64,000 nt of DNA from an uncultured Alphaproteobacteria bacterium (GTDB taxonomy: Bacteria > Pseudomonadota > Alphaproteobacteria > Rhizobiales > Xanthobacteraceae), in the NCBI GenBank assembly GCA_963704765.1, contig CAVPHQ010000001.1:1864024-1928023 (forward strand), written 5' to 3'. Under the pieces are notes generated by a model. The model worked only from the letters and a program-made list of their open reading frames with translations, ran no database searches and was not told the origin of the DNA. How positions within the stretch are numbered: the first letter of the stretch is position 1; every line of letters begins with the position of its first letter. Shown one piece after another: positions 44,873 to 57,151 of the stretch. Made by a program: the position numbers and the translations under genes.

Positions 44873-46186
44873 CTAGAACGACTCCTTCAGCCAACTCCCT
44901 ACGCGCTTTAGGTAATTCCCCTCATTGGCGGCCATCCGCCGGCGCGGCTCGAAGTGCTCGCGCTCCGCGACCTGCGGGAAAATCAGCAATCCCGCGGCTG
45001 CGGCGAACCCCGGCGCCCGGCCGGTGTCCGACAGCCGCCCGATCCCGATCGGCCGGCCGATCCGCGCCGTGGCGCCGAAGGCGCGGCCGACATATTCGGA
45101 AAGTCCCGTGAGCTGCGCCGCACCCCCGGTCAGCACCAGGCGGCGGCGCGCGTCGCCGAGCATGCCGGCGGCGCCCAGCCGCTCGCGCAGGAACTCGACG
45201 ATTTCCTCGATCCGCGGGCGCAAGGTCCGGACGATCTGCGAGCGCGGCACCGCGGTCGGCAATTCGCGATCGCCCTCGATCGCCGGCACCGTGATCATGT
45301 CGAGATCGTCGGAGGCCGTGGCGATGACGTTGCCGTAGAGCGATTTCAGCCGCTCGGCCTCCGAGACCCGGGCCGACAGCGCGCGGGCGAGGTCGAGGGT
45401 CAAATGCTGGCCGCCGATCGCGATCCCGTCGGTATGCACGCAGTCGCCGCCGGCGAAGACCGAAACGGTCGTGGTGCCCGCGCCGAAATCGATGCAGACC
45501 GCGCCGAGCTCCGCCTCGTCGGCGGTGAGCGAGGAGAGCGCGGCCGCATAGGGCGCGGCCACCAGCCCTTCGACCGAGAGATGGCAGCGCTCGACCAGGA
45601 ACACGAGATTCTTCAGCGCCGGCCAGTCGGCGGTGACCACATGCAAGTCGACGGCGAGCACCTGGCCGATCATGCCGCGCGGATCGCGGATGTGCGCGCT
45701 GCCGTCGAGCCCGTAGCCGACCGGCAGCGAATGCAGCACGGCGCGCCCATCTCGCACCGAATGCAGGCTCGCGGCATCGAGCACGCGGCCGATATCGCCC
45801 TGATCGGCGGAAGCGCCCTGCAGACGCACCGAGGCCGCGAACGACTCGCTGCCGAGCCGGCCGCCGGAGACGCTGACCAGCACCGAAGCGATCTCGAGCC
45901 GGGCCATGCGCTCGGCCGCATCCACCGCGCGCCGGATCGATTCCTCGGCCCGCGCCATGTCGGCGACCGCGCCGCCCTTGATGCCGCGCGAGCTGGTGTG
46001 GCCGAAGCCGATCAGCTCGATGGAGTGCGTGCGGCCGCGCATCACGTCGCCGCCGCTGCGCGGGGTTAGCCGCGCGATGAGGCAGGCGATCTTGCTGGTG
46101 CCGATATCGAGCGCGGCCACGATCACCGGCCTTCTCGGCAGCGGACCCATGCGAGGGGCCAAGCCGCGCGCCATGAGCGAGCTCAT
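44873..46186 (-). CDS. ftsA: cell division protein FtsA
   Basis: Actin-fold motifs ALDIGTSKIACLI and DFGAGTTTVSVF. 437 aa. Confidence 0.92.
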   Translation of the reverse strand: MSSLMARGLAPRMGPLPRRPVIVAALDIGTSKIACLIARLTPRSGGDVMRGRTHSIELIGFGHTSSRGIKGGAVADMARAEESIRRAVDAAERMARLEIASVLVSVSGGRLGSESFAASVRLQGASADQGDIGRVLDAASLHSVRDGRAVLHSLPVGYGLDGSAHIRDPRGMIGQVLAVDLHVVTADWPALKNLVFLVERCHLSVEGLVAAPYAAALSSLTADEAELGAVCIDFGAGTTTVSVFAGGDCVHTDGIAIGGQHLTLDLARALSARVSEAERLKSLYGNVIATASDDLDMITVPAIEGDRELPTAVPRSQIVRTLRPRIEEIVEFLRERLGAAGMLGDARRRLVLTGGAAQLTGLSEYVGRAFGATARIGRPIGIGRLSDTGRAPGFAAAAGLLIFPQVAEREHFEPRRRMAANEGNYLKRVGSWLKESF

Positions 46187-47067
46187 GTGTCGGACCCCGC
46201 GCGTTTCGGCATGCGCGACTTGAGCGCCGCGGCGCGCGCTTCGGCCGCTTCGGGCGAGGGCCGCACGCTGATGCGGTCGGGGATGCGCAGATCGATGGCC
46301 GCCACATCGCGCGAAAGAATCTTCGTCTCGCGATCGAAGGCGACGAGTTTTATGAGCGCCGCTTCGGCGTTCTCCTCGGGCAGCCGCACATCGGCGCCGT
46401 TCTTGAGCCGGATGTTCCAGCGCCGCTCGGCCACCAGCACCGCGGCGGCGAGCTCCGCTTGAATTTCCGGCACCCGCGCCACCAGCGCGAGGAAGTCGGC
46501 GGCGCGCTTATCGGCGCCCATGCCGACCACGAGCGGATAGTCGTGCAGCAGCGCGCGCGCATCGGCCCCGATCACCGTGCCGTCGCGCGCGATGACCGAG
46601 AGCTTGCCGGCCCGTTGCCAGATCGCGAACGCGACCCGTTCCTCGATCGAGATTTCGAGCCGGCCCGGATAGAGCTTGCGCACCGTGGCTTCGGCGATCC
46701 AGGGATTTTGCTTGAGCTGGGCGCGCGTCGTTTCCGCGTCGAGCAGAAGGAGCGAGGTCGTGGGCGTGATGCCCGCGGCGGCGAGCACTTCGTCGCGCGT
46801 GATCTGCCGCGCGCCGGAAACTTCCACCGTCTCAAGATCGAAGCCTGCCGCGTTCGCGGCAGCGTCGCCGAGATCGTGCAGCGCCATGGTGAAGCGCTGC
46901 AATTCGCCGCGCGTGGCGCCGTAGACTCCGACCGCCGCGAAGAACAGCGCAAACAGCAATATTTCCGCGCCGCGCGGCAATTTCCGGTCGAGATCGTCGA
47001 GTTTTCGGGAGAAACTTCGGGAGACGGCAAAATCGCCCGGCCCCGCCGGCTTGCGCCGCCGGGTCAC
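46183..47067 (-). CDS. ftsQ: cell division protein FtsQ
   Basis: [18 protein letters not shown], then POTRA ([21 protein letters not shown]). The GTG start at 47067 overlaps the ddl stop (GTGA). An ATG at 47097 is the alternative. Confidence 0.8.
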   Translation of the reverse strand: MTRRRKPAGPGDFAVSRSFSRKLDDLDRKLPRGAEILLFALFFAAVGVYGATRGELQRFTMALHDLGDAAANAAGFDLETVEVSGARQITRDEVLAAAGITPTTSLLLLDAETTRAQLKQNPWIAEATVRKLYPGRLEISIEERVAFAIWQRAGKLSVIARDGTVIGADARALLHDYPLVVGMGADKRAADFLALVARVPEIQAELAAAVLVAERRWNIRLKNGADVRLPEENAEAALIKLVAFDRETKILSRDVAAIDLRIPDRISVRPSPEAAEARAAALKSRMPKRAGSDT

Positions 47068-47984
47068 CGGTCCAGAGAGGCGTCCTCCACGATCCATTTC
47101 ACCAGCTCGCCGAACGAGCGCCCCCCATGGGCAGCCAGTTCCGGCACCAGCGACACCTCGGTCATGCCTGGTTGGGTATTGACCTCGAGACAAACGAGGT
47201 CCCCGTTGCCTTCCGGGCGGTTGTCGTAGCGAAAGTCCGCCCGGCTGACCCCACGGCAGCCGAGGGCGCGATGCGCCGTCAAAGCCAGCTTCCGCACCAA
47301 TTGGTAAACAACTGGTAAAATTCTGGCCGGAAGAATGTGGCGGGAGCCCCCGGGGGCGTATTTGGCCTCATAATCGTAGAAGCGCTGGGCCGCCTCGATC
47401 TCGATGACTCCGAGCGCCTCCTCGCCCAGAACCGCGCAGGTCAGCTCCAGGCCGGGCACGTACCGCTCGGCCAAAAGCTCGTCCCCATAAGGCCAATCGG
47501 GCCGGGTCAGCTCCTGCGGGGGGTGGGCGTGCTTCTCGGTGACGATGAAGACGCCGACCGAGGACCCCTCGGCCACCGGCTTCAGCACATAGGGCCGCGG
47601 CAGGGCGTGCGCTTTTGCCGCTTCCGCCCGCGAAACGACCTTGCCGTCCGGCACCGGCACCCCGGCCGCCGCCATCACGGTCTTGGCCTGGACCTTGTTC
47701 ATGGCCAGCGCCGAGGCGAGCACGCCCGAGTGGGTGTAGGGGATGCGGAGGATTTCGAGAATCCCCTGCATGGTGCCGTCTTCGCCGGGCCGGCCGTGCA
47801 GGACATTGAAAGCCACGTCGGGCTTGAGCTTGGCCAGCACCTCGGCGACGTCGCGGCCGACATCGACGCGGCTGACGCGGTAGCCCTGGGCCTCGAGCGC
47901 GTCGGCGCACTGCTTGCCGGAGCGCAGCGACACTTCCCGCTCCGCCGACCAGCCGCCCATCAGCACGGCGACGTGTTTTGGCAT
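47064..47984 (-). CDS. ddl: D-alanine--D-alanine ligase
   Basis: [23 protein letters not shown]...EVNTQPGMT. It is the C-terminal third of chimeric track ORF 47064..49139. Confidence 0.92.
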   Translation of the reverse strand: MPKHVAVLMGGWSAEREVSLRSGKQCADALEAQGYRVSRVDVGRDVAEVLAKLKPDVAFNVLHGRPGEDGTMQGILEILRIPYTHSGVLASALAMNKVQAKTVMAAAGVPVPDGKVVSRAEAAKAHALPRPYVLKPVAEGSSVGVFIVTEKHAHPPQELTRPDWPYGDELLAERYVPGLELTCAVLGEEALGVIEIEAAQRFYDYEAKYAPGGSRHILPARILPVVYQLVRKLALTAHRALGCRGVSRADFRYDNRPEGNGDLVCLEVNTQPGMTEVSLVPELAAHGGRSFGELVKWIVEDASLDR

Positions 47985-48002
47985 TCGCTTCCTTTTTTCT
48001 CT

Positions 48003-48064
48003 CCGCTCGTCGCCGCGAAAGCGGGGACCCATGGCTGGATTCCCGCTTACGCGGGAATGAGCGG
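48003..48064. repeat. REP-like nested palindrome, family A
   Basis: CCGCTCGTCGCCGCgaaaGCGGGGACCCATGGCTGGATTCCCGCttaCGCGGGAATGAGCGG. Confidence 0.7.
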
Positions 48065-48070
48065 ACTGCG

Positions 48071-49004
48071 TCAACCCGAGGGCGCGCCTCGTGCCACCCC
48101 GACCCGCACAATCTCCCACTCGAGCTCGATGCCGGAATTCTCCTTCACCCGCCGCCGCACTTCTTCGCCGAGATTTTCGATATCGGCGGCGCTGGCATTG
48201 CCGCGATTGATGAGAAAATTGCAGTGCATCTCGGAAACCTGCGCGTCGCCGACCACCAGCCCGCGGCAGCCAGCGGCGTCGATCAATTGCCAGGCCTTCT
48301 TGCCCGGCGGGTTCTTGAAGGTCGAGCCGCCGGTGCGGCTCTTGATCGGCTGCGTCGACTCGCGCGCTTCGGTGATCTTGTCCATCTCGGCGGCGATCGC
48401 CTTGGGATCGCCCGGCTCGCCGCGAAACGTCGCCTGCGTATAGATCAGGTCCGCGGGTGCGGCGGAGTGACGATAGGAGAATCCGAAGTCGGCGTTCTTG
48501 AGCACGCGAACGTTCCCCTTGCGATCGACCGCGCGCGCTTCCATCAGCACGTCCTTGGTCTCCGCGGCCATAGGCACCCGCATTCATGCGCAATGCCCCG
48601 CCGATCGCGCCCGGCACACCGCGATAGAAGGCGAGCCCCGCGAGCGCCGCATCGGCCGCCGCGCGCGCGACTTTCACGTCGGGCACGGCGGTCCCCGTGC
48701 GCACCAGATTGCCTTCGACCGCGACCTCGTTGAAGCCGCGCCCGAGCCGGATCACCACGCCTGGCACGCCGCCGTCGCGCACCAAGAGATTCGATCCCAG
48801 CCCGATCACCGTCACCGGTACTTCGGCCGGAGTCTCGGCGAGAAAATAGCAAAGGTCTTCTTCATCCGCCGGCATGAGCAATACCTGCGCCGGCCCGCCG
48901 ACGCGGAACCAGGTGAGCTCGGCGAGCGATTGATTGGCGAGCAGCCGCCCGCGCAGTTTCGGCAAGCTGCCGGGCAGATCGCGAACCAGCTCCGTGACGC
49001 TCAT
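48071..49004 (-). CDS. murB: UDP-N-acetylenolpyruvoylglucosamine reductase, +1 shift near 48568
   Basis: The N-terminus ...[19 protein letters not shown]...[14 protein letters not shown]...[15 protein letters not shown] is in ORF 47064..49139. The C-terminus ETKDVL...TGGSTFKNP...[11 protein letters not shown] is in ORF 48071..48583. Confidence 0.87.
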
Positions 49005-50405
49005 GACTTCCCGCCAGTTCGCCGGGCAACGCATAGGCCCATTGGCTGATCGAGCCGGCGCCGAGAAAGACCACGTAATCGCCCGGCCGCGCGAGCTTCT
49101 TGACGATGCCGGCGAGTTGCTCCGGCTTGTCGAGCGCAACCACGTCGCGATGCCCGCGCGCGCGCAAGCCCTGCACCAGCGCGTCGCGGTCGATGCCCGG
49201 GATCGGCGCTTCGCCGGCGGGATAGACCGGCGCGACGATCACGTGATTGGCGTCGTTGAAGCAGGTGCTGAACTGGTCGAACAGATCGCGCAGCCGCGTG
49301 AAGCGATGCGGCTGCACCACCGCGATCACGTGCGCCTTGGTCGAGGCGCGCGCGGCCTTCAGCACCGCCGCGATTTCCACCGGGTGGTGCGCGTAATCGT
49401 CGAAGATCGAAACGCCGTTCCACTCGCCGGTGCGGGTGAAGCGCCGCTTCACGCCGCCGAAGTTCGCCAGCGCCTTCTTGATCCGGTCCTCCGGCACGCC
49501 GAGCTCGTGCGCCACGGCGATCGCCGCCGTCGCGTTCAGCGCGTTGTGATGGCCGGGCATCGAGAGCATGAGATCCTTGATCTCGTGCGCCTGGTTGCCG
49601 TCGCGGCCGCGGAACAGCACGGAAAACCGCGCCACGCCGCCATCGAGCTTGACGTCGAGTAGCCGCACGTCGGCCTGCGGATTCTCGCCATAGGTGACGA
49701 TGCGGCGGTCCTCGATGCGCGCCCACCAGGTCCTGCACCACCGGATGATCGCTGCACATGACGGCGAAGCCGTAGAACGGCACGTTCTCGACGAAGGCGT
49801 GGAACGCCTCCTTCACCTTCTCGAACGTGCCGAAATGGTCGAGGTGCTCGGGATCGATATTGGTGACGATGGCGACGTCCGCCGGCAGCTTCAGGAACGT
49901 GCCGTCGGACTCGTCGGCCTCCACCACCATCCAGGTGCCGCCGCCGAGCCGCGCATTGGTGCCATAGGCATTGATGATGCCGCCGTTGATCACGGTCGGA
50001 TCGAGGCCGCCGGCGTCGAGCAAGCGCGGCGACCAGCGAGGTGGTCGTCGTCTTGCCGTGGGTGCCGGCGATGGCGACGCAGCTCTTCAACCGCATCAGC
50101 TCGGCGAGCATCTCTGCCCGGCGCACGACCGGCAGCCGCTTGGCGCGCGCGGCCACCAGCTCCGGGTTGTCGCGTTTGATCGCGGAGGAAACGACCAGCA
50201 CCGCGGCGCCTGCGACGTTCTCCGCCTTGTGGCCGATCGCGATCTTGATGCCCAAGGATGCTAACCGCTTCACGTTCGCGCTCTCGGCGACGTCGGAGCC
50301 CTGCACGGCGTAGCCGAGATTGGCGAGCACCTCGGCGATGCCGCTCATGCCGATACCGCCGATGCCGACGAAATGGATCGGCCCGAGCTGCCGGGGGAGC
50401 TTCAT
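49001..50405 (-). CDS. murC: UDP-N-acetylmuramate--L-alanine ligase, shifts near 50030 and 49720 (and possibly 49012)
   Basis: [27 protein letters not shown], then [10 protein letters not shown] and DYAHHPVEI, spread over ORFs 49536..50405, 49001..50023 and 48862..49668. Confidence 0.87.
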
Positions 50406-50414
50406 GCGCGCGTC

Positions 50415-51554
50415 TCAGCCAACCTCCCCCTGGCGGGGGAGTTCGAGGGGAATTCGCGCCACCCGTAGCACAAGATCGGCCAGCCGTTCGGCCGCGTCCA
50501 ATCGCCCCATGCGCCGGGCCGAAGCGGCCATGAGCGAAAGGGTGGCGGGCTCGGCCACCAACCGCGAAATCTCGGCGGCTACCCGTTCGGGTATGAACTC
50601 GGGCTCGCGGATCAGGAGCGCTCCGCCCGCCGCGGCGAGCGCCGAGGCGTTGGCCAACTGATCCTGATCGAGCGCGTTCGGCAGCGGCACTAATATCGCC
50701 GGCCGGCCGATAGCCGCGATCTCGGCCACGGTCGAGGCGCCCGAGCGCGCGATCACCAGATGGCCTTCGGCCACGCGCGAGGGCAGGTCCGAAAAGAAAG
50801 CGGCGATCTCCGCCGGCACATCGAGCCGCCGATAGATCGTACGCACGGATTCGAGATCCGCTTCGCGGCATTGCTGCACGACGCGGATGCGCGAACGCAC
50901 GGCCTGCGGTAGCGCCTCGACTCCCGCGGGCACTACTTCGCTCATCACCCGCGCACCTTGGCTGCCACCGAACACGACGAGGCGGAAAGGCTCGCTCGCC
51001 CCCGGAACGGCGAAGACTTTTTTCGCGGCCGTGGCCACCGCCGGCCGCACCGGGTTGCCCACGTAAGTCGCCTTGGCCGCGAGCTTGGCGCTCGCCGACA
51101 AGAGGCCCGCGTGCCCGGTCGCGATCGCATCCACCCGTCCGGCAAGCCAGTTATTGGCCCGTCCCATCACCGCATTCTGCTCGTGGATGATGCTGGGGAC
51201 ACGCAGGATCGAGGCGGCGATGAGCGGCGGCAGCGTCGGATAGCCGCCGAAACCGATGACGGCTTTCGGCCGCCGCCGCAGCAGGAGCCACAGCGCGCGT
51301 AGCGTTCCCCACGTGAGCACGAGAAAGGTGCGCGCGAGCGAAAACGGATTGCGGCTGCGCACCGTGTCGGACGGCAGCACGTGGATCGCGCGGGCGGGAA
51401 ATTTTCCGGCGAACGGCGCGGCGCGGTCGTCGGTGGCAAGCTCCACCGCGATCCCGCGTCTTGAGAGTGCCCCCGCGAGCGCCTCGGCCGGGAACAAGTG
51501 CCCGCCGGTACCGCCCGCCGCGATCAGGATAAGCGGCTGCGCCGCCCGGCTCAT
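50415..51554 (-). CDS. murG: undecaprenyldiphospho-muramoylpentapeptide beta-N-acetylglucosaminyltransferase
   Basis: AAGGTGGHLFPAEALA. 379 aa, intact. Confidence 0.92.
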   Translation of the reverse strand: MSRAAQPLILIAAGGTGGHLFPAEALAGALSRRGIAVELATDDRAAPFAGKFPARAIHVLPSDTVRSRNPFSLARTFLVLTWGTLRALWLLLRRRPKAVIGFGGYPTLPPLIAASILRVPSIIHEQNAVMGRANNWLAGRVDAIATGHAGLLSASAKLAAKATYVGNPVRPAVATAAKKVFAVPGASEPFRLVVFGGSQGARVMSEVVPAGVEALPQAVRSRIRVVQQCREADLESVRTIYRRLDVPAEIAAFFSDLPSRVAEGHLVIARSGASTVAEIAAIGRPAILVPLPNALDQDQLANASALAAAGGALLIREPEFIPERVAAEISRLVAEPATLSLMAASARRMGRLDAAERLADLVLRVARIPLELPRQGEVG

Positions 51555-52708
51555 GCCCGCGCGCCCCCGCGCGCGGCCTCGTATTCGCGCTCGGCGACGG
51601 CCTCGGCGCGCGAGCGCCGCCTGGTCAGCGCGATCAGCATGCCCATGCCGAAGGCGAGCGATATCAGCGACGAGCCGCCATAGGAGATGAACGGCAGCGT
51701 CATGCCCTTGGCCGGCATCAGGTGCAGGTTCACCGCCATCGCGATCGCCGCCTGCAAGCCGAACAAGAGACCCAATCCCGCCACCGCGAACCGCCCGAAC
51801 GCATCTTCCTCGCGCATTGCATGCGCGAGCGTGCGCAGCACGATGAAAGCGAAGAGCGCGACCAGAATAAGGCAGAGCACGATGCCGAACTCCTCGGCGG
51901 CCACCGCGAACACGAAATCCGCGTGGCCGTCCGGCAGGATGCGCTTCACCGTCCCCTCGCCCGGCCCGCGGCCGAGCCAGCCGCCGCGCACGAACGACTC
52001 CAGCGCCGTGTCGATCTGGAAGGTGTCGCCCGAGCCCGGATTGAGGAAGCGCGTGATGCGCGCGGTGACGTGCGGGACGAACTGATAGGCGGCAAACAGC
52101 GCGAACGCCGCGGCAGAAGCGGCGCCGGCGAGCCAGGTCCAGCGCACCCCCGACAGGAAGAAGAGCGCGGACCAGACCAGGATCAGCAACGCGGTCTGGC
52201 CGATGTCCGGCTGAAAGACCAGGGGCACCGTGGCCGCCGCGAGCAGGCCGAACACGGCGAGCATCGCCGGCATTTCCGGACGCCGGCCGCTCTCGGCGAA
52301 CATCCAGGCGGCGAGCACGACGAAAGCCGGTTTCATGAATTCCGACGGCTGCACGCTCACCCCGAATAGGGAGAGCCAGCGCCGGGCGCCTTTAATTTCA
52401 GGGCCGATGAAGAGCGTCGCGAAACTGAGCGCCACGCCGATCACGAAAACGATCAGCGCGACGCGGCGCACCTGCCGCGGCGTCATGAAAGAGGTCATCA
52501 GCAGCACCGCCAGCGCAGGCGCGAGATAAAGCGCGTGGCGGTTGACGAAATGAAACGGATCGGCGCCGAGCCGGATCGCCACCGGCGGGCTCGCCGCCAG
52601 CATCAGCACGAGACCGATGAGCACCAGCACCACCACCGCCCAGAGCAGGAGCCGGTCGATGGTCCACCACCATTCGCCGAGGAAGCTGCGCTGCGCGCGA
52701 GAGAGCAT
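51551..52708 (-). CDS. ftsW: lipid II flippase / SEDS protein FtsW
   Basis: 385 aa, about 10 TM. ...PDGHADFVFAVAAEEFG...LPFISYGGSS. Confidence 0.9.
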   Translation of the reverse strand: MLSRAQRSFLGEWWWTIDRLLLWAVVVLVLIGLVLMLAASPPVAIRLGADPFHFVNRHALYLAPALAVLLMTSFMTPRQVRRVALIVFVIGVALSFATLFIGPEIKGARRWLSLFGVSVQPSEFMKPAFVVLAAWMFAESGRRPEMPAMLAVFGLLAAATVPLVFQPDIGQTALLILVWSALFFLSGVRWTWLAGAASAAAFALFAAYQFVPHVTARITRFLNPGSGDTFQIDTALESFVRGGWLGRGPGEGTVKRILPDGHADFVFAVAAEEFGIVLCLILVALFAFIVLRTLAHAMREEDAFGRFAVAGLGLLFGLQAAIAMAVNLHLMPAKGMTLPFISYGGSSLISLAFGMGMLIALTRRRSRAEAVAEREYEAARGGARA

Positions 52709-52807
52709 GGGATCGCCGGGTGCGGGAAAACCGGCCCCAGTCTTGAACCTCTAGGGTTGACGAGTGCTTAAGGAATTCAGCACACGCACGCCGGAGCCCG
52801 CGGAAAT

Positions 52808-53233
52808 TCAATCCGCCTCGCCGAACGCCTCGCCCGGCTTGCCGGGCTTCATGCGGATCAGCCGCGAATCCTCGACCGCGGCCTGGCGGTGCTTGACCGC
52901 CTCCCGGTAGACCGGATCGCGCAGCATTTCGATGAACGCCGCGCCCGACGGATATTCGGCGATGAAGGCGAGATCCCAGTGCTCCGATCGGGGGCCGATC
53001 AAGGTGAGCTGCGGCTTGCCGATCCAGACCTGCCGCCCGCCCAGCCGCCTGAACACCGGCCCGCTCTCGCGGCCATAGGCGCGATAGGCCTCGAGCCCCG
53101 AGGCCTGCCGCCCGTCCGCATAGGCCGCCTGCTCGCGCAGCTTCACGAGATTGAGCATGTGGATCGGCTCGTCGCGCGGCAGGTCCTTGAACAGCGCAAA
53201 ATCTTCCTTGGTCGGATCGATATGCTTGGTCAT
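52808..53233 (-). CDS. DUF1330 domain protein
   Basis: [15 protein letters not shown]...[41 protein letters not shown] fits DUF1330. Start overlaps the murD stop. Confidence 0.75.
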   Translation of the reverse strand: MTKHIDPTKEDFALFKDLPRDEPIHMLNLVKLREQAAYADGRQASGLEAYRAYGRESGPVFRRLGGRQVWIGKPQLTLIGPRSEHWDLAFIAEYPSGAAFIEMLRDPVYREAVKHRQAAVEDSRLIRMKPGKPGEAFGEAD

Positions 53234-54609
53234 GGCTTGCGCACCAGTTCACGGAAGGCGTCGCCGCGCACTTCGAAGTTCGGATACTGGTCGAAGCTGG
53301 CGCAGGCCGGCGAGAGCAGCACCACCGGCTCCTTGAGACCGGACGCTTCCGCCTCGCGCGCGGCGAGCGGCACTGCGCGCTCGAGCGTATCGACTTTTTC
53401 AAACTTGACCGCGGAACCGAGCGTCTTGGCGAAGTCCGCTGCCGCCTCGCCGATCAGGTAAGCCTTGCGGATACGCGGGAAGAATTCCCGCAGCGGCTCG
53501 ATGCCGCCTTCCTTGGCGCGCCCGCCCGCGATCCAGAAGATGTCATGAAAAGACGCCAGCGCCCTCGCGGCGGCGTCCGCGTTGGTCGCTTTCGAGTCGT
53601 TGACGAACAGCACGCGGCCCTTGCGGCCGACTTCTTCCATGCGGTGCGCGAGGCCGGGGAAACTCCGAAGCCCGGCCTGGATTTCGTCGTGCTTCAGCCC
53701 GAGCGCTCGCACCGCGGCATAAGCCGCCGCCGCGTTCTGCGCATTGTGCACGCCGCGCAAACTTCCAATCCCGGCGAGATCGATCGCGCCACGAGGGGCT
53801 CCGCCTTCCACGATCAACAGAGACGTGCCGTCCCGATAAATGCCGTCGCGCAGCTTTCGCTCGACCGAGACGCGCACCACGCGCTTGCCCGCGCGCTCGA
53901 TGCGGTCCGCGATGGCTGCGCAGAACTCGTCGTCGACGCCGATGACGGCCGCGCCTCCCGCCTCGATGCCGGCCACCAGCCGCTCCTTGATCGCTGCGTA
54001 GTTTTCGATAGTGCCGTGGCGATCGAGATGATCGGGCGTGACGTTCAGGAGAATTCCGGCCGTGGGATCGAGCGTCGGCGCCAAGTCGATCTGATACGAG
54101 GAACACTCGATGACATGCGTTCGCTTCTTGTCGGGGGGCGGCAGCGACAGGATCGGCGTGCCGAGATTGCCGCCGACCGCGGCCTCGCGCCCCGCGGCCG
54201 CGATCAGATGGCCGATCAGCGCCGTCGTCGTCGATTTTCCGTTGGTGCCGGTGATTGCGATGAACGGCGCGCCCCGCGCGTTCGCCCGCCGCTCGCGGCA
54301 GAACAGCTCGATGTCGCCGATGATCTCGACCTTGTTCGCGCGCGCGAGCTTCACGCTCCAGTGCGGCTCCGGGTGCGTGAGCGGTACGCCCGGCGCGAGC
54401 ACAAGTGCTGCGATATTTTTCCAGTCGGCCGCGCGCAGGTCGCCGGTCACAAAACCCTTGGCCCTGGCCGCGGCGACGCCCTTCTCTTGATCGTCGGACG
54501 CGATCACCCTGGCGCCGCCCGCCGTGAGCGCCGCGCAGGCCGCAAGCCCGCTGCTGCCGAGCCCGAACACCGCGACCGTCTTGCCGCGGAAAACGGTGAC
54601 GGGGGTCAT
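53230..54609 (-). CDS. murD: UDP-N-acetylmuramoylalanine--D-glutamate ligase
   Basis: [27 protein letters not shown]. 459 aa, intact. Confidence 0.92.
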   Translation of the reverse strand: MTPVTVFRGKTVAVFGLGSSGLAACAALTAGGARVIASDDQEKGVAAARAKGFVTGDLRAADWKNIAALVLAPGVPLTHPEPHWSVKLARANKVEIIGDIELFCRERRANARGAPFIAITGTNGKSTTTALIGHLIAAAGREAAVGGNLGTPILSLPPPDKKRTHVIECSSYQIDLAPTLDPTAGILLNVTPDHLDRHGTIENYAAIKERLVAGIEAGGAAVIGVDDEFCAAIADRIERAGKRVVRVSVERKLRDGIYRDGTSLLIVEGGAPRGAIDLAGIGSLRGVHNAQNAAAAYAAVRALGLKHDEIQAGLRSFPGLAHRMEEVGRKGRVLFVNDSKATNADAAARALASFHDIFWIAGGRAKEGGIEPLREFFPRIRKAYLIGEAAADFAKTLGSAVKFEKVDTLERAVPLAAREAEASGLKEPVVLLSPACASFDQYPNFEVRGDAFRELVRKP

Positions 54610-54619
54610 GAGTTCGGCT

Positions 54620-55706
54620 TCACCGCAGCTTGAGCGTCGAGAGGCCGATCAGCGCCAGCACGACCGCGACGATCCAGGCCCGGATCACCACCTGCGGCTC
54701 GGTCCAGCCGAGCTGCTCGAAATGATGGTGGATCGGCGCCATGCGGAACACGCGCTTGCCGGTGAGCTTGAAGGAAACCACCTGCACGATCACCGAAACC
54801 GCCTCCAGCACAAACAGCCCGCCGACGATGGCGAGCACGATCTCGTGCTTGATGGCGACCGCGACGGTGCCCAAGCAGCGCGCCGAGCGACAGCGACCCG
54901 GTGTCGCCCATGAAGATCGAAGCCGGCGGCGCGTTGAACCACAGGAAGCCGAGCCCGGCGCCGATTACCGCGCCGCAGATCACCGCAAGCTCGCCGGCGC
55001 GCGGCACATGATGGATCTGCAGATAGCCGGCGAACACCGCGTTGCCGACCAGATAGGCGATCACCGCGAAGCTCAGCGCCGCGATCATCACCGGCACGAT
55101 GGCGAGCCCGTCGAGCCCGTCGGTGAGATTCACCGCGTTGCCGGCGCCGACGATCACGAAGGCGCCGAACACGACGAATAGCCAGCCGAGATTGAGGAGG
55201 AAATCCTTGAAGAACGGGATCGCCAGCGCGCCGCCGAGCGGCGACCCGTTCAGCTGCATGATCACGACGACGGCCGCGCCCGCGATCAGCGCCTCGATGG
55301 CGAGCCGCACGCGGCCGGGCAGGCCCCGGTGCGTTTGCTTCGTCACCTTGAGATAGTCGTCGTAGAGACCGATCGCGCCGAAGGCGAGCGTCACGCCGAG
55401 CACCACCCACACGAACAGATTGCCGAGATTGGCCCACAGCAGCGTCGAGACCACGAGCCCGGACAGGATCATCAGCCCGCCCATGGTCGGCGTGCCGGCT
55501 TTGGCGACGATGTGCGATTGCGGGCCGTCCTTGCGGATCGGCTGGCCCTTGCCCTGGCGCACGCGCAGCAGCGCGATGATGCGCGGCCCGAACAGGAATA
55601 CGAACAAGAGCGCCGTCACCACCGCGCCGCCGGCGCGAAAGGTGATGTAGCGGAATACGTTGAGCGGGCCGAAGGCGTCGGAGAATTGCGACAACCAATA
55701 CAGCAA
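54620..55706 (-). CDS. mraY: phospho-N-acetylmuramoyl-pentapeptide transferase, +1 shift near 54876
   Basis: TTG start after RBS GAGGGAGG ([10 protein letters not shown]...). [31 protein letters not shown]. The C-terminus ...APIHHHFE is in ORF 54620..54874. Confidence 0.87.
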
Positions 55707-55717
55707 GCGAACCTCCC

Positions 55718-57151
55718 TCAGGCCGGAGCGACGGCCGTCTGCTCGGCCCGGAAGCGCTCTGCGAGCGCCTTGACCAGCGGTCCCATGCGGCTGCCGTTCG
55801 AACCCTTGACCATCACGGCGTCGCCCGGGCGCAGCGCCGCCGCGACTTTCGGCTCGAGCTCCGCCGCCGTATCGGCATAGCCGCCGCGCCGGGCCGCAGG
55901 CAAGGCTTCCCAGAGCGTGCGCATCAGCGGCCCCGCGCAGAACACCAGGTCCACCTTGGCCGCCTCGATGCTTCCGGCGAGCCCGCGATGCAGCTTCGCA
56001 GCATCCGCGCCGAGCTCCAGCATGTCGCCGAGCACGGCGATGCGGCGCCCGCGCGGACCGACCGGCGCGCTGCCGAGCACCTCGAGCGCGGCCTGCATGG
56101 AGGCGGGATTGGCGTTGTAGCTCTCGTCGATCAGGAGCGTCTCGGCCTGGCCGAGGTCGAGCGCGATGCGCCGTCCGCGTCCGGCCGGGGGCTGCAGCGT
56201 CGCCAGCGCAAGCGCCGCGACCGCGAGGTCGGCGCCCAAGAGCTTCGCGGTCGCGAGCACCGCCAGGCTGTTCAGCACCAGATGCCGCCCGGGCGAGCCG
56301 ATCTTGTAGGTGATTTCGTCGCCGAGGATGCGCGCCCGCACCGTCGAGCAATCCGGCTTGAGCGCCACGTCGAGCAGCCGCGCCTCGGCCTGCTCGTGCG
56401 CGCCGAACCCGATCACGCGCTCCACTCCGGCCTTGCCCGCGGCGGCGGCCAGCCGCGCGTAGTGCGGATTGTCGCGCGGCAGCACGGCGGCGCCGCCCGG
56501 CTCGACGCCGAGCAGGATTTCCGCCTTGGCGTCGGCGATCTCCTCGACCGAACGGAAATATTCGAGATGCACCGCCTCGATCGAGGTGATCAGCGCGACG
56601 TGCGGGCGCACGAGTTTCACCAGCGGCGTGATTTCGCCCGCGTGATTCATGCCGATCTCGAACACCGCGAAGCGCGCGCCCAAAGGCAGACGCGCAAGCG
56701 ACAGCGGCACGCCCCATTGATTGTTGAACGAGGCGGTCGAGGCGTGAATTTCGCCCTCGCGCGCGAGCACGGTGCGCAGCGCCTCCTTGGTGCCGGTTTT
56801 TCCCACCGAACCGGTCACCGCGACGATCTTGGCTTGCGAACGGGCGCGCGCCGCGCGCGCCAGATCGCGCAGCGCCTCGAACGGATCGGCGACGACGAGC
56901 AGCGCCGCGCCTTCGGGCATTTCGGAAAGTTTCTCGTCCGCCACGACCGCGAGCGCCGCGCCGCGCCTCAGCGCATCGGCCACGAACTCGTGCCCGTCGA
57001 AGCGGTCGCCCTTGATCGCGAAGAAAGCCTCGCCGACGCCGATCGTGCGGCTGTCGATGGCGACGCCGGAAATATTGGCCGAGGGCTGCCCGAGAAGCCG
57101 GCCGCCGGTCGCGGCTTTGAGCGCGTCGAGCGTCCACAGCGGAGCGCTCAT
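55718..57151 (-). CDS. murF: UDP-N-acetylmuramoyl-tripeptide--D-alanyl-D-alanine ligase
   Basis: [23 protein letters not shown]. 477 aa, intact. The ATG overlaps the murE stop (ATGA). Confidence 0.92.
   Translation of the reverse strand: MSAPLWTLDALKAATGGRLLGQPSANISGVAIDSRTIGVGEAFFAIKGDRFDGHEFVADALRRGAALAVVADEKLSEMPEGAALLVVADPFEALRDLARAARARSQAKIVAVTGSVGKTGTKEALRTVLAREGEIHASTASFNNQWGVPLSLARLPLGARFAVFEIGMNHAGEITPLVKLVRPHVALITSIEAVHLEYFRSVEEIADAKAEILLGVEPGGAAVLPRDNPHYARLAAAAGKAGVERVIGFGAHEQAEARLLDVALKPDCSTVRARILGDEITYKIGSPGRHLVLNSLAVLATAKLLGADLAVAALALATLQPPAGRGRRIALDLGQAETLLIDESYNANPASMQAALEVLGSAPVGPRGRRIAVLGDMLELGADAAKLHRGLAGSIEAAKVDLVFCAGPLMRTLWEALPAARRGGYADTAAELEPKVAAALRPGDAVMVKGSNGSRMGPLVKALAERFRAEQTAVAPA

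Noticed and set aside
47064-49139. 691-aa ORF
   Set aside because: It joins the murB N-terminus, out-of-frame murB, a REP element translated as protein, and the genuine ddl (47064..47984).
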